A DNA stretch of 64,000 bases, taken from Raillietiella orientalis (taxonomy: Eukaryota). Under the pieces are notes generated by a model that made no database searches, had not been told where the DNA came from, and was given only the letters and a program-made list of their open reading frames with translations. The DNA is taken from positions 496,001-560,000 of the forward strand of contig JAYWIR010000052.1 of the NCBI GenBank assembly GCA_036172245.1, given 5' to 3'. The translations under genes were made by a program, and so were the position numbers. Below are positions 63,695 through 64,000 of this stretch, in pieces. Position 1 is the first letter of the stretch; each line of letters opens with the position of its first letter.

Positions 63695-64000
63695 GATTTT
63701 GAACCCTATGGCGCCGGGTCGTTCATTCCTCAAATAAACGACCCAGCTAAGCATACAAATCGTCGACTTATAACTGAGGAGGTTAAATAATAGAGCACCA
63801 ACGAGGGGTCGCCGCTGTTAGGGCGTCGGTTCGGAGGGATCGAAGGATTTGTTAGTGGCTTAGTTGTTCTTTCTGAAGGAAGAGGGATGCTGGAGGGTGG
63901 GAGGGACTCCCGACTAGGCCGGAAATTCTGGACCTTAGGCGATGATGGATCCGCGACGGCCTTGTTGGTCTTCGCTTTGTGGTCTTTGATAAGACCATAA
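63695..64000 (-). mobile_element. L1/Tx1-like 3' end running off the window
   Basis: aatgaacgacccggcgccatagggttcaaaatc matches the family terminus. Confidence 0.5.

Overview
Eukaryotic, most likely arthropod, genomic DNA; no prokaryotic operons or CRISPR arrays were seen. Three host genes can be built by hand from splice sites. (1) The last two coding exons of a probable dachshund gene (+, 7393-7733). (2) A complete five-exon juvenile hormone acid O-methyltransferase-like gene (+, 29889-31443, 271 aa). (3) A complete eight-exon DNA topoisomerase III beta gene (-, 55486-58372, 854 aa) whose seven introns are all 44-49 bp. Most intergenic DNA is very GC- and CpG-rich, so nearly all long ORFs in the track are compositional artefacts. 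From about 34 to 51.5 kb and 61.2 to 64 kb there is a nested field of decayed retroelements. It holds a tRNA-headed SINE-like family with two invariant motifs and ten or more L1/Tx1-like ORF2 fragments that end in AATAAA plus a hairpin/B-box-like motif instead of poly(A). Three of four SINE copies are split by such fragments within the same internal segment. A decayed Merlin/ISXO2-like transposase with intact splice sites lies directly upstream of TOP3B. Other signals are a CpG-depleted unexplained island (about 18.9-21.5 kb), a perfect 34-bp palindrome, a 34-bp motif-rich minisatellite and a 780-bp tandem duplication. All family assignments come from motif recognition by eye, not database searches.
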